Below, one piece after another: positions 36,360 to 48,800 of a stretch of DNA of 64,000 bases. The stretch's first letter is position 1, and each line of letters starts with the position of its first letter. The stretch covers positions 33,914,001-33,978,000 of the forward strand of contig NC_043008.1 of NCBI RefSeq assembly GCF_006345805.1. The letters run 5' to 3'. The position numbers and the translations under genes were made by a program. The notes under the pieces are model-generated. The model searched no databases, was not told where the DNA came from, and saw nothing but the letters and a program-made list of their open reading frames with translations. Origin of the DNA: Octopus sinensis (lineage: Eukaryota).

Positions 36360-36894
36360 TGTAGCGGTCTGTGTTGCTAAATAGTTGAATGATCACCCTT
36401 ACAAGGAAGATTATAGAGTAACCTCCCTTTACTAAGTTTCTCGAATCATCTATGTCATGAGACGTGATTCTTAATTATTCAAGAAGCTTAGCGTTTCTCT
36501 TGGAAGTTTCTAGAATGTCTAGCGTTCCATTAATAAAAACAACTTGGAAACCCTGCTCTTCGCTTCTTAGTCAATTAGACTAAGAGCCATTCACATAATT
36601 ACCATGTCCATCTATTTCTCTACGCCACATGACTGAAAACCACCACTTATCTGTTATTTCTACATTTTCCGTCTCTGAACTTTCTTGCATAGATTACTTC
36701 ATTCAATTAGATTCTACATTTTGATTATGTATCATCATCGACCAGTAAATAAAATATATCTTTATGTAGTAAAATATATTTTTATGTAGTAAAGATATAG
36801 TGTTTGAATTTATTCTTCATCTCTATATGAATTCTTGTAATAATATACATGCAGCTATTTCACCACCTGGTACTGAATATGTATTTCCACTACA
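36360..36894 (+). repeat. 3' LTR
   Basis: tgtagcggtc...ttccactaca, preceded by taggtggtg. Confidence 0.9.
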
Positions 36895-36978
36895 AATCAT
36901 ATTATTTCACTTAGATAGTATCTGTTGAAAAACAGCAGCTAAGATTCGACGGATGTTTGTTCTCATCGTGTTTGTTGT

Positions 36979-37022
36979 TAACACGTTTCGGCTGATATAC
37001 CTTCCAGCCTTCTTCAGGTGTC
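36979..37022 (-). ncRNA. Degenerate minimal hammerhead in a Penelope-LTR-like repeat
   Basis: gacac CTGAAGA a ggctg..cagcc GAAA cg tgtt: core and stem II are intact but there is no NUH triplet before stem I. Confidence 0.35.
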
Positions 37023-37346
37023 ATGGGGAAATTTCGAACCTGGGTTCTCATTCCTAAGATATGTTTCGATGTTGTTATAATTATTATCGTTGTTAGTGTT
37101 GGAATCGAACTCACTCTGAACCACTATGCTATCAATACAGTTTTTTTAAAAAAGAGGTAAAAATCTTAAGGACTTGTTGTGAATGCCCTGAGAAATACTG
37201 TTAGCCATACAACATTAGAATTACTGAATGAGTATACCTTAACAAAAACCTGGAAGAAACTGCTCTGCTTATCAAAAAAGCTTATGCATGAATATGAGTT
37301 TGTTTGCATTAACTTCAGAATGATGTTAATATTAACATTAACAATA

Positions 37347-37510
37347 GGTTGGCAAACTGGCAGATTCGATAGCACAGCAGACAAAATGGTTAGCAACATT
37401 TCATCCATATCTATCTTTTGAATTCAAATTCCACCAAGGTCAACTTTGTCTGCCTTCCTTTTTTGGTTGATGAAGTAAGTACCAGTTGAGCATTGGTGTT
37501 GATGAAATTT
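37347..37510 (+). mobile_element. SINE family B, degenerate
   Basis: aactggcagattcgatagc...ttcaaattccaccaaggtcaactttg. Confidence 0.55.
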
Positions 37511-38570
37511 ACGTATTTTATTGACTTGTTTTATGACTAACATCCTCCTCATCATAGTTTTATTGTTTTCCGTGGCAAAAGAGGGTCTCTGGATAAGTGA
37601 AAATATTAAACAAGTAAGTACTGTACAGGAATATCTGTGGGAGGATTTGTGAATCATAGACAAAAAAAAAAAAGAAAAAGAAAACAAAGGAATACTAAGG
37701 ATTGATTTTGAAGTGAAGTTTCAAATTCTGTTTGTTACTTTAAAGAACATCCTGCTCTCAGCTACTATTCAAGTGAATTACACATACACACATATGTATG
37801 TGTATACAAACATGCATGTATACATGTAAACATGTGCCTATATTTATATATAATTGCCTATATAACACACACACACATTTAATTAGTCACACCAATATAC
37901 TAAAATTACGAACACATGTACTCATACAATCTCATTGACCAAATATATCTCACTTTAGAATCAAGCCCCAAATTTGTTAGGAGTGGATTATATGCTGCTG
38001 TGTAGCACATACATATTGATTCACCATACTCTTCATTAGAATTAGTTTACCAAACCAATGAAAGAACTAACAAGCAAGCTGATCCCAACAAGATTTGAAA
38101 TCAGAATATAAAGGATCAAAATTATAAAAGAAAAAAAATTTACCTTGACACCGTACTGATTCAGAGCAGTCACTGATTTGTGGAAATTATATTTTTAATT
38201 AACCAGTAAGTTGTGGTTCCTTATTTCATTTACTTGTTTGTTTTTATCTTTTATCTTTCACTTGCTTTATTCATTGAACTGTAGAACATGCTGGGACACA
38301 ACCTTGAAGGGTTCAGGAGTTCTCAACCATTTCTCACCTACAGACCCCTTTCATTACTATTTTGTTCTGGTGGACCCCCACCTCATTACTCTTCAATGTT
38401 CAAAAACTAGTTTTATAGAAACTTCTTTTAAAATTCCTATTTTGTTTTTCACATGTTAACTTGAGTAGGTCGAACTATATAAAATGTTAGAGAAAAAGCA
38501 TCCAGCTGTTTCTTGCAATACATAACAATACATACATCGAAAGCAAAATTTTTTCAGGATCCCTAATCTA

Positions 38571-39060
38571 TTGGGTTGTCTGGAAAGTTCGTGCCGATTT
38601 ATAGTGGATTTGACTACACCTCCATTTAGAGCACAGTTTAAGCTATCTTTTCATGGAAGAAGGTTTATGTTCCTATAACCTGTGTTAATTCTATACACAC
38701 TTTCTTATCTTCCATTTTAAAATAGAAGATAAGAAAGTTCATTTTCGGCACTTGATGCTTGTGTATTACTCCATATTCACCAGATATTGCTCCTTTGGAT
38801 TTCCACTTATTCAGGTCTCTGCAGAATAGTCTTTTGGTAAAAATTTAATTCCGTGGACGACGTAAAAGGATACCTTGATGAATTCTTTACCATGAAACCA
38901 CCTCAGTTCTGGGAAGAGGGTATATTCAAGTTAAAGGAAAGATGGAGACGTATTGTGCAACAAAATGGTTCATATTTAGTTGATTAGAAATGTAATGGCA
39001 AGTATTTATTGACCTTTTTCTTTCCTTTAAAAATCGGCAGGAACTTTCCAGACAACCCAA
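38571..39060 (+). mobile_element. 490-bp mariner deletion derivative with TIRs and TA target duplication
   Basis: TA|ttgggttgtctggaaagttcgtgccgattt ... aaatcggcaggaactttccagacaacccaa|TA; retains PYSPDIAPLDFHLF. Confidence 0.9.
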
Positions 39061-39594
39061 TATTATTTTGTTGCTTGGACCCCCAAAAATCTTATATAGC
39101 CCATGAGGGTCCATGTTGACCCCTGTTGAAAACCTCTGGTTCAGATGAACACATTAATCCCAGAGCTTATTTATAAGCTAGGTACTTATTCTATTAGGCT
39201 CTATCATCAGACCACTAAGTTATGAGGATGTAAACAACAATGACGCACCCAACAGAATCTAAACATACCACTTGCTGTATTAATTGTTATTTCTTCTCTG
39301 AGTAAACTTGGAAATATCCAAAATTTATTGGAAAATAGTCATTTGTGCATTCTTATGTCAAATTCACCTTTCATCCTTTCAGGGTTGATGAAAAAAAAAA
39401 GTATTAATCCAGGGAGACGGATGAACAGAACTGCAAAAACATTGGATCAAGTATATTGTGGTATTTGTTCCAACTCAATGTGTTTTTGAGTTCAAATCTT
39501 GTCATCGTTTTGTTTGGGTGACAACCTTAATTTGTTATCCAATTTAAAACCCACTGTCTGTCATCTTAGGTGCTTTCACTGGAGTCCACTATAT

Positions 39595-39795
39595 TCTTTT
39601 GTACTCTAGGCATGAGGCCCAAAATTATGGGGGAGGGCCAGTCAATTAGATCGACTCCAGTATGCTACTGATACTTAATTTATCCACCCTGAAAAGATGA
39701 AAGGTAAAGCCAACCTCAGCAGAATTTGAACTCAGAATGTAAAGATAGACAAAATACTGCTAAGCATTTTGCCCAGCATGCTAATGTTTCTGCCA
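39595..39795 (-). mobile_element. SINE family B
   Basis: gtactctaggcatgaggccc...gatgaaaggtaaagcc...ttgaactcagaatgtaaag. Confidence 0.7.
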
Positions 39796-39929
39796 GCTCA
39801 CCACCTTAGGAGTCCTTTGTATTGCACACATTCAGATCAGGTCTTTGATTTGAGGTTACTTTCCTTCCTCCTACCCACACATCTCAGAGTGTTCTGTATG
39901 TATGTGTATATATACACACACATTAGTAT

Positions 39930-40035
39930 ACATACATACATACATACATACATACATACATACATACATACATACATACATACATACACACACATACATA
40001 TACATATTAGTACATACATACATACATACACACAT
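39930..40035. repeat. (CATA)n microsatellite
   Basis: Directly visible. Confidence 0.95.
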
Positions 40036-40499
40036 ATATATAAATAGATTTTCACTACACATAAATGTAAATAGGATAACAGTATTGATGAGGATATTAT
40101 GTTTAGTAACAAATACTAATTGTATTAAAATGCATTGTAGTGTGTATATACAGATATATATTAGAAAGTTTATTGGCAGTAATAAGCTTGTAACTTTTTT
40201 ATTGCTATATAAGTGTACATTCCCTTAACATTTCATCCTTTAGCACTGCATTTTCCATTATTAATGTTTGAGCTTCATCCATGTTGAATGTTTTTCCAGC
40301 TTTCTTCTCACATGCATGCCATATATATATACTTACACATATATGCTATAGAATATATACAATGATATCACCCCAACGTATTAACACATGCTGTCTTAAA
40401 GATAGCATGTCTGCACAAGTATATATGTATTATATTACATATATTATATTATATTATATTATATTATATTAATTTCCAGTTTTTTCCAAGCCTGTCTCT

Positions 40500-41250
40500 G
40501 TTATTATGGTTCTGTCCACTTCACTGATTCACCACATCACCTTCTTTCTGGATGGAATAGCACTGCCACCTAGCCTCCCCACCAATCTAATTACCCTGCT
40601 CATTCCAGGCTGAGTAGGAGATGCAAAAATCTCAAAATTGCCAAAACTAGGTGTTAAAGCACATGTGTTGGAAATTCTGATCTTGCTGATGGTTGTTACA
40701 TCCAAGGTGATCTTGCTTCCAGGATAATTCCAGACCATATGCACTTATGCATCCCATTCTCAGAACCACCAATCTGGCTGAATGGTAATGATGAGAAAAG
40801 GAAACAAGTTACTTACCCATTTTGTTGTTCTGGAGATGATGTAATTCAGTTTCCATGGAGTTTTAGGTTTTATTTGAAAAGTCCTTTTGAAGCCTTCTAC
40901 TGGACCTTACATTCAAACTTCCTACATCCCTCTATATTTTATATGTCCCCAAGTAAGTCCAGCCTTATTAATTTCATTTTTTTTTCTTGTTTTGCACTTT
41001 GAAAGAGCTGTACCGGACCCTCTATTTAATTGCTTTTAGTTTCCCTTCTATGAAGGGCATCAAATTTTTATTTGTGTTCCTTATCAGCACAAAGTTTGAA
41101 GTGGATGTATTTTGTTGTTGTTGTTGTGTTTGTATATCAGTCTACTATGTTTTCTTTTTGTTGGGGTGTATGTTGTTGGCGGAAGTAATCATTGTGGATT
41201 TCTTTATGCTGGCTGTGACTGTAGTTTCAATGATGCAGTTATGGGCGTGA
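40500..41250 (-). mobile_element. Degenerate LINE (RTE-like) APE endonuclease fragment, tentative
   Basis: Minus-strand peptides VGSLNVRS, IISRTTKW and FASPTQP parallel the APE motifs NVR, ETKW and YAPT. Confidence 0.35.
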
Positions 41251-41319
41251 GGCTTGTTCAGAGCAAGTGCATCCTTTTATTTTTTATTTTCTTCTTATTA
41301 TATTTACTTTATTTTTTTA

Positions 41320-41740
41320 TTCTTTTACTTGTTTCAATCATTTTACTGCAACCATGCTGGAGCACCACTTTGAAGGGTTTTAGTCAAACGAATAGACCAT
41401 ATGACTTATTTTTTAAAGTCTACTAGTACTTATTCTATCAGTTTCTTTTGTTGAATCACTAAGTTACAGGGACATAAACACACCAACACCAGTTACCAAG
41501 AGGTGATGGAGGTGTACAAACACAGACACAAAGACACACACACACATAAATATATAGATATACACACACATATACATATGATGGGCTTCTTTCAGTTTCC
41601 ATCTACCAAATCCTCTCACAAGGCTTTGGTTAACCTGAGGCTATAGTAGAAACGTTTGTCCAAATTGCCATGCAGTGAGACTGAACCCAGAATCGAGCAG
41701 TTAAGAAGCAGACTTCTTACCACACAGCCATGCTTGCACC
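41320..41740 (-). mobile_element. SINE family A, near full length, followed by a 23-bp tandem slip repeat (41719-41800)
   Basis: Both halves are contiguous across the internal microsatellite; accacacagccatgcttgcacct occurs ~3.5 times. Confidence 0.75.
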
Positions 41741-42353
41741 TACCACACAGCCATGCTTGCACCTACCACACAGCCATGCTTGCACCTACCACACAGCCAT
41801 ATTTTTATTTTTAATTGGTTGTCCCTCCTCACAAGATGATATTTACACATGGGAAAAGTCCAACATAGGAGGGAGCATAAGAATGTTTGTGTGTGTTTGA
41901 AAAAGTTAGGGATAGAGGAATAGTAATCAAATGGGAGTTTGTATATTATTTACATTATTTACACTCAATGGATATTTGTCCTCATCCTTACATTAGTCGA
42001 AAGTAAATAATGTAAATAATGTAAATAATGTACATAATTCCTCATCTCTTAAAGATAGAACTGTAAGAGGGAGTTTGGTTGAACATTTTCCTAGGTGGTA
42101 TGTTTACACTCTGCTGTGGATGTCATTGTTGTTGTTACTAATGTTATTGGTGCCAGTGCAACAGCTGTTGTCCTTCTTCCCTTTACTGCTGTTGCTGCTG
42201 ACATTACTGTTGTACACTGTTGCTGCCAGTGGGGCTTCAACATCAGCAGTATTCTTCACGAGGACCTCTATATTCCCAAGATAAGCCTTTTGTCCAACAC
42301 TGGAACAATTCAATTCTACAATCTCAATAACTTAATAATAATAATAATAATAA

Positions 42354-44927
42354 TCAACTCCAACCCCAAAAAGTTCTACCAAGAACTGGGAAAAGATAAA
42401 ATAGAAGTCACTGCAGCACCAACGGCAGAAGAATTGGAAGAATTCTGGAGAGAAATATGGTCGGCGAACGAACAGCCAAAAAAAAGGAGTATCAAAATAA
42501 CAAACTCGGCATCTGAACAACTTTGGACCCCCATAACAACTGAAGAGGTCACCCAGGCACTGCAAAAACTAAGCAACTGGAAGGCACCTGGGCATGACAA
42601 GATCCCCAACTTCTGGTTGAAATATCTAACAGGAATGCACAAAAAGCTGGCTGAAAACTTTAACAGCATACTAGCAGAGCCAGAGACAATGCCTGAATGG
42701 CTCACGAAGGGGAAAAACCATCTTAATTCCCAAATCAAATGAAACAGCAAAACCAGAAAACTACAGACCAATAACCTGCCTCCCTACTATGTTCAAGGCA
42801 TTTACTGCAGTGATATCGCAAAGGCTGAACAAGCACCTGGACGAAAACAAACTGTTCCCAGAAAAGCAGAAAGGATGCCGCAAAGGCTCATATGGCTGTA
42901 AAGATTAACTAATGATTAATAAAGCCATAACTGAAGACAGCCACAGAAAGAAGAAAGGCCTCAGTATGGCCTGGATTGACTACAAAAAGGCGTTTGATAG
43001 CATCCCCCACACATGGATCCTCGAAACACTAGCCATTAACAAAGTAGCACCAACAATCATAAAATTCATAGAGCACTCTTTGAATAAATGGCAAACAGTC
43101 CTACACCTCCAAACAAAAGAGGGACTCATGAAAACCAAAGACATCCCTATTAGAAGAGGAATATTCCAGGGAGACACGCTCTCTCCACTCCTTTTCTGCT
43201 TGGCACTGTCACCTCTATCTGATATGCTAAATAGAACTGGATGCAGATATAAATGTTACGGCAAAACCATCAGCCACCTTTTATATATGGATGACCTAAA
43301 ACTATACACTGCAAATGACAAACAGCTGGAAACACTATTAAAGACAGTTCATGGATTTACCAAAGAAATAGATATGAAATTTGGATTAGAAAAATGCGCC
43401 AAAGTAACCCTGAAAAGAGGAAAACTAGTTAAGAGTAACAACATCACACTAGATAAAACCAATGAAATAAAAGAATTAGACCAAAGCCAAACTTACAAAT
43501 ACTTAGGAAGACACAACACACACAAATGAAAGAGAAAATAAAAAAAGAATATTATAGACGAGTTAGATCAATACTAAAAACAGAGTTCAATGCTAAAAAC
43601 AAGATAATAGTTATCAACACTTTAGCTGTCCCAGTTATAAGTTACAGCTACAATATCCTTAACTGGACACGAAATGAACTGTCCAAAATAGATAGGAAAA
43701 CAAGAAAAATACTGACAGGATCTAGGATGCATCACCCAAAATCTCACATAGAAAGACTATATATACAACGTATAGAAGGTGGTAGAGGCCTTATACAGCT
43801 GGAAAACTACTATAAAATAACCACCGTAGGACGGCAAAAATACCTACTTCAGAAGGAAGGAAAACTGATCCAGATAGCAGCAAAACACGAGCAAAACAAA
43901 AAACTGTTCTCAGTATTTAAGGAAGCTGACAAATACAAACAAGAAATCATACCACCTAATAAACACGAAGAAGAAGAAGAAGATGATGAAGAAACAACAA
44001 AAGCTATAAAACAAATGAAATCCAAACTAAAAATAGAACAGCAACGAACCATGATAAAACGATGGCAAGAAAAGCCCCTTCATGGTAAATACTGCACTAA
44101 ACTAAACGCAAAAGAAATAGACAAAGAAAAATCCCAGCAATGGTTGAGAAGCTCAGGACTCAAAGCAGAAACAGAGGGATTTTTAATTGCAGCACAAGAC
44201 CAAAGCCTCCCCACCAGAAATTACCAAAAACATGTAATGAAAAGAAATATAACAAGTAACTGCAGAATATGTGGAGATGGATAAGAAACAATAAATCATA
44301 TTATCTCTAGCTGCCCAGTCCTGGCTAAGAAGGAATATATTCACAGACATGACAGAGATGGAACCTACATACATTGGAAGCTATGCCAACATTATGGAAT
44401 AACAACAGAAAAAAGATGGTATAGGCACACACCAGAAAAGGTCACAGAAAACGAGAAAGCAACCATACTCTGGGATATGCCGATACACAGAGATAGAGAA
44501 ATTAAGGCCAACAGACCAGATATAGCTGTCAGAGATCATGAAGAAAAAAAATGCTTTCTAATTGATGTATCAATACCGGCAGATGACAACGTGTCTCTAA
44601 AAGAAATGGAGAAACTCTCAAAATACAAAGACCTGGAAATAGAGGTAACCAGAATGTGGAATCTGAAAACAGAAACAATTCCTATCATAGTAGGTGCATT
44701 AGGCATGATAAAAAAATATTCAGACAAATACATAACAAAAACACCAGGACTTACAAATACATATAACATACAGAAAATTGCACTACTAGGCACTGCACAC
44801 ATCCTACGCAGAACACTTTCCATACAATAGCCATCAGAGCATCACAACAAATCCCAGCACATACCCAAGGCACACAGAGCTGCGCTCGGTAGTGAAGTGA
44901 AAGCACGCTATAAAAATAAAACTACTG
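42354..44927 (+). mobile_element. 5'-truncated R4/Dong-clade non-LTR retrotransposon (RT, CCHC, REL), copy 1, inserted in (TAA)n
   Basis: WKAPGHDKIPNFW, NYRPITCLP, WIDYKKAFDS, GIFQGDTLSP, YMDDLKLY, CRICG..H..SC, RPDI...IDVS; 16-nt deletion at ~43510 and stop at 44282; (TAA)n on both sides. Confidence 0.92.
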
Positions 44928-45009
44928 AATAATAATAATGATAATAATGATAATAATAATGATAATAATAATGATAATAATAATAATATCAATAATAATG
45001 ATAATAATG

Positions 45010-45043
<34 letters not shown>
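44928..45043. repeat. (AAT/GAT)n microsatellite
   Basis: Directly visible. Confidence 0.95.
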
Positions 45044-45045
<2 letters not shown>

Positions 45046-45598
45046 CCCTGATGCAGTACCAGGCAGTGGCTCTCATGGCTTCTGATCTTAACTGATTGGA
45101 AGTGTTATCATGTACATTGTTTTGTCTTGGTATAAAAGATGGGCTACAGCAAATATTCTGCTCAATACCACAGATTTGCTTGTCAGTTGTTTGACTTTAA
45201 CCAGTTGAGCATGTCCCTTAGTGGCTGACGATATGTGCATCTCTGATCACGAGCAGAAGTAGTGAGGGAGCATCATAGCCATGTGTTGAGAGGGATTCTT
45301 TGGGGTTTGAATAATTCACATCTGGAAACATGGGTGGTTCTTTCAACATCCTTAAACAACCCTTATTCAGGGACCTTTTGAGCGAGATGGGCTACTCAAC
45401 CTGAAGATAATTCTAACTGGGCCCCACTTGCAAGGTCATGTGCTGTTTATCTTGATATGAGATCACCATGTCGCGCACATATGGTTGTGATGCATGTGCC
45501 TGGTGTACCCTTATCAGACGGGTAGTCATGATGGGTATATTGGGCTTCGTATATTTTACCCCAGTGTCACTTTGATGACATGAACTGCTCTCTCACTC
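45044..45598 (+). mobile_element. ~550-bp non-coding (TAA)n-flanked repeat, copy 1 (complete)
   Basis: atgccctgatgcagtaccaggcag...ctgctctctcactc followed by (AAT)n; three more copies in the window. Confidence 0.8.
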
Positions 45599-45665
45599 AA
45601 TAATAATAATAACAATGATGATAATAATAATAATAATAATAATAATCATAATAATAATAATAATC

Positions 45666-45721
<56 letters not shown>

Positions 45722-45806
45722 GATAATAATAATAACAATAATAATAATAATGATAATAATAATAATAATAATAACAATGATAATAATAATGATGATGATG
45801 ATGATG

Positions 45807-45857
<51 letters not shown>
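45599..45857. repeat. (AAT)n microsatellite, ~260 bp, imperfect
   Basis: Directly visible; source of the poly-Ile/Leu/Tyr ORF artefacts. Confidence 0.95.
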
Positions 45858-45859
<2 letters not shown>

Positions 45860-48800
45860 GAGAATACCGGGGACATTTAAGATGTAAGAACGATAAAACA
45901 GTGCTCCAAAATCTATCCACAAACATCGAAAACAAAGACATCGTATGGAGCCAAAAATTTACTAACAAAGGACTGGACTATATCCGAGTAAGTAATACTC
46001 ATTGAAACTTATTACTATTTTCAAAACGAAATGATGCATTTTAACTCGATATCATCTCCACCTCTAACACAACACATGTAAACATGCGAGAAACATTACG
46101 ATCCATCAACACCAGATCATCCCCGACCCCAAACACCATGTACAAAATAACTACGAAGAAATTAAATAACACCGATAATATTCAACCCAAGAATAACAAT
46201 TGGGAAGTACGTACTTTAAACTTACAACACAAAATGTACGAAAAACTACACGTGCAAAACAATGTGACAACAGAAATGAACGGACCAATACCCTACGAAA
46301 ATGACGACCGCCAAAATAATGGGCCGGACGTTGTTCCTCATGTCCCGCAAATAAAACCCAAAAGACATAAATGGACACGTGAGGAATACATTTCTATCCT
46401 ACACGCTTACTTCACAGCAGTGCTCTACCCAAAAAATGAAAACACAACAACACATACATATAAAATATGGAAGGAAAATAACATAAATATAGACTTGGAT
46501 ACAACAATGAACCCTAATAAACTAGCAAACGTACGAAGATACATTCTCAATGCAAAAAAATATCAGAAATAGAAATAGAACATCTAAAAGAAAAAATACA
46601 TCAGGAAAATGTAGATAAAAGCCACACAACAATGCCCAATAATATAAACACTGAAACAGTAAAACACGAAGACAAACCTAACATTCCCAACAAACACGAT
46701 GTAAACAAAAAACAACAAACCCAGATCGTAAGGATGCATAATAATACACTACAAACAGCAAGCGAAAACACGAAAAGCAAACATACGAACATGAAAAAAA
46801 GTGACACAAATGTAAAACCTGGAAACAACGAAAGGGAGCCTAATGATTATGATACTATAAAAAGTAGAATAATCAAAGAACTGAAAAACACAGATCTCAA
46901 GATGGACCACCGACCATACCTCCCAAAAATCAAAATAGACAAAACAACAACATCAATTATAAACAGCATAAACCTAGCCGTCACGGAACTAATAGCCACT
47001 GAAACAAAAAGTGATATCACTGAGCTAAATGACTTAGTATACGCAGCAGCCACTGCAGCTACAAAAGAAGCTGGATACTCACTCAAACCCATCCAAACAG
47101 GAGTACCACCACCCAAACAAACCCTGTGGATAAATAACATCCAAAACAAAATACAAAAAATGAGAAAAGATCTGTCGATTCTTAATGAAATCAGTAGTCA
47201 ATCAACGCTACTGAGCAACAAAAAGAAAACAAAAATACTCTGCAAATACAACATCACAGAAAAAGATTTACCTGAGATAAAAGAAAAACTAAAGCAAGAT
47301 ATCCTTGCCAAAGCACAAAAGATCCGCCGGTACGAGAAACGCCAGCGCTTCTTTGAACAAAACAAAAAGTTCAACTCCAACCCCAAAAAGTTCTACCAAG
47401 AACTGGGAAAAAATAAAATAGAAATCACTGCAGCACCAACGGCAGAAGAAGTGGAAGAATTCTGGAGAGAAATATGGTCGGCGATGGAACAACCAAAAAA
47501 AAAGGAGCATTAAAACAACAAACTCAGCTACTGAACAAATTTGGACACCCATAACAACTGAAGAGGTCACCCAGGCACTGCAAAGACTAAGCAACTGGAA
47601 GGCACCTGGGCATGACAAGATCCCCAACTTCTGGTTGAAATATCTAACAGGAATGCACAAAAAGCTGGCTGAAAACTTTAACAACATACTAGCAGAACCA
47701 GAGACAATGCCAGAATGGCTAACAAAGGGGAAAAACCATCTTAATTCCCAAATCAAATGAAACAGCAAAACCAGAAAACTACAGACCAATAACCTGTCTC
47801 CCTACAACGTACAATGCATTTACTGCAGTGATATCGCAAAGGCTGAACAAGCACCTGGACGAAAACAAACTGTTTCCAGAAGAGCAGAAAGGATGCCGCA
47901 AAGGCTCATATGGCTGTAAAGATCAACTAATGATTAATAAAGCCATAACTGAAGACAGCCACAGAAAGAAGAAAGGCCTCAGTATGGCCTGGATTGACTA
48001 CAAAAAGGCGTTTGATAGCATCCCCGACACATGGATCCTCGAAACACTAGCCATTAACAAAGTAGCACCAAGAATTATAAAATTCATAGAGCACTCTATG
48101 AATAAATGGCAAACAGTCCTACAGCTCCAAACAAAAGAGGGACTCATGAAAACCAAAGCCATCCCCATTAGATGAGGAATATACCAGGGAGACACGCTCT
48201 CTCCACTCCTTTTCTGCTTGGCACTGTCACCTCTATCTGATATGCTAAATAGAACTGGATGCAGATATAAATGTTACGGCAAAACGATCAGCCACCTTTT
48301 ATATATGGGTGACCTAAAACTATACACTGCAAATGACAAACAGCTGGAAACACTATTAAAGACAGTTCATGGATTTACCAAAGAAATAGATATGAAATTT
48401 GGATTAGAAAAATGTGCCAAAGTAACCCTGAAAAGAGGAAAACTAGTTAAGAGTAACAACATCACACTAGATAAAACCAATGAAATAAAAGAATTAGACC
48501 AAAGCCAAACTTACAAATACTTAGGAATCCATGAACTAGATAAGACACAACACACACAAATGAAAGAGAAAATAAAAAAAGAATATTATAGACGAGTTAG
48601 ATCAATACTAAAAACAGAGCTCAATGCTAAAAACAAGATAATAGGTATTAACACTTTAGCTGTCCCAGTTATAAGTTACAGCTACAATATCCTTAACTGG
48701 ACACTAAATGAACTGACCAAAATAGATAGGAAAACAAGAAAAATAATGACAGGATCTAGGATGCATCACCCAAAATCTGACAAAGAAAGACTATATATAC

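Larger units (their letters stand above)
32911..36894 (+). mobile_element. Gypsy/Ty3 LTR retrotransposon with both LTRs; gag absent and integrase core deleted
   Basis: LTRs 32911-33399 and 36360-36894 (TG...CA); PBS and purine-rich PPT; protease FLIDSG, RT SSPLHLVKKK...YIDDLLI, RNase H LVVDT, integrase HPGI...CVDCQRC; flanks aatt/aatc (possible 4-bp TSD with one mismatch). Confidence 0.92.

Noticed and set aside
38144-38172. 29-nt candidate micro-exon on the minus strand (VTALNQYGVK, FN3-like)
   Set aside because: Too short, no partner exons found and motif spacing atypical; compatible with chance
40817-40900. Open stretch on the minus strand with a strong GTAAGT donor
   Set aside because: No pyrimidine-rich acceptor, and the surrounding peptides fit a degenerate APE endonuclease
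41719-41800. 23-bp direct repeats resembling a CRISPR array
   Set aside because: Head-to-tail with no spacers; slippage of a SINE terminus in a eukaryotic context
42075-42330. Hydrophobic and Asn/Ser-rich ORFs just upstream of Dong copy 1
   Set aside because: Low-complexity (GTT/GCT) sequence; the 215-aa ORF is a chance read-through across (TAA)n into the truncated element
45225-45420. CTGACGA, CTGAAGA and GAAAC motifs inside the 550-bp element
   Set aside because: I could not fold consistent stems I-III around them in all copies
45593-45968. Poly-Ile/Leu/Tyr and YI/CV-repeat ORFs here and at 0.7-1.4, 5.2, 20.6, 21.5, 39.8, 44.8 and 50 kb
   Set aside because: These are translations of (AAT)n, (TA)n, (TG)n and (CATA)n microsatellites
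47725-47740. GGGAAAAA as a programmed -1 frameshift site
   Set aside because: Restoring the RT frame needs a +1 shift, not -1
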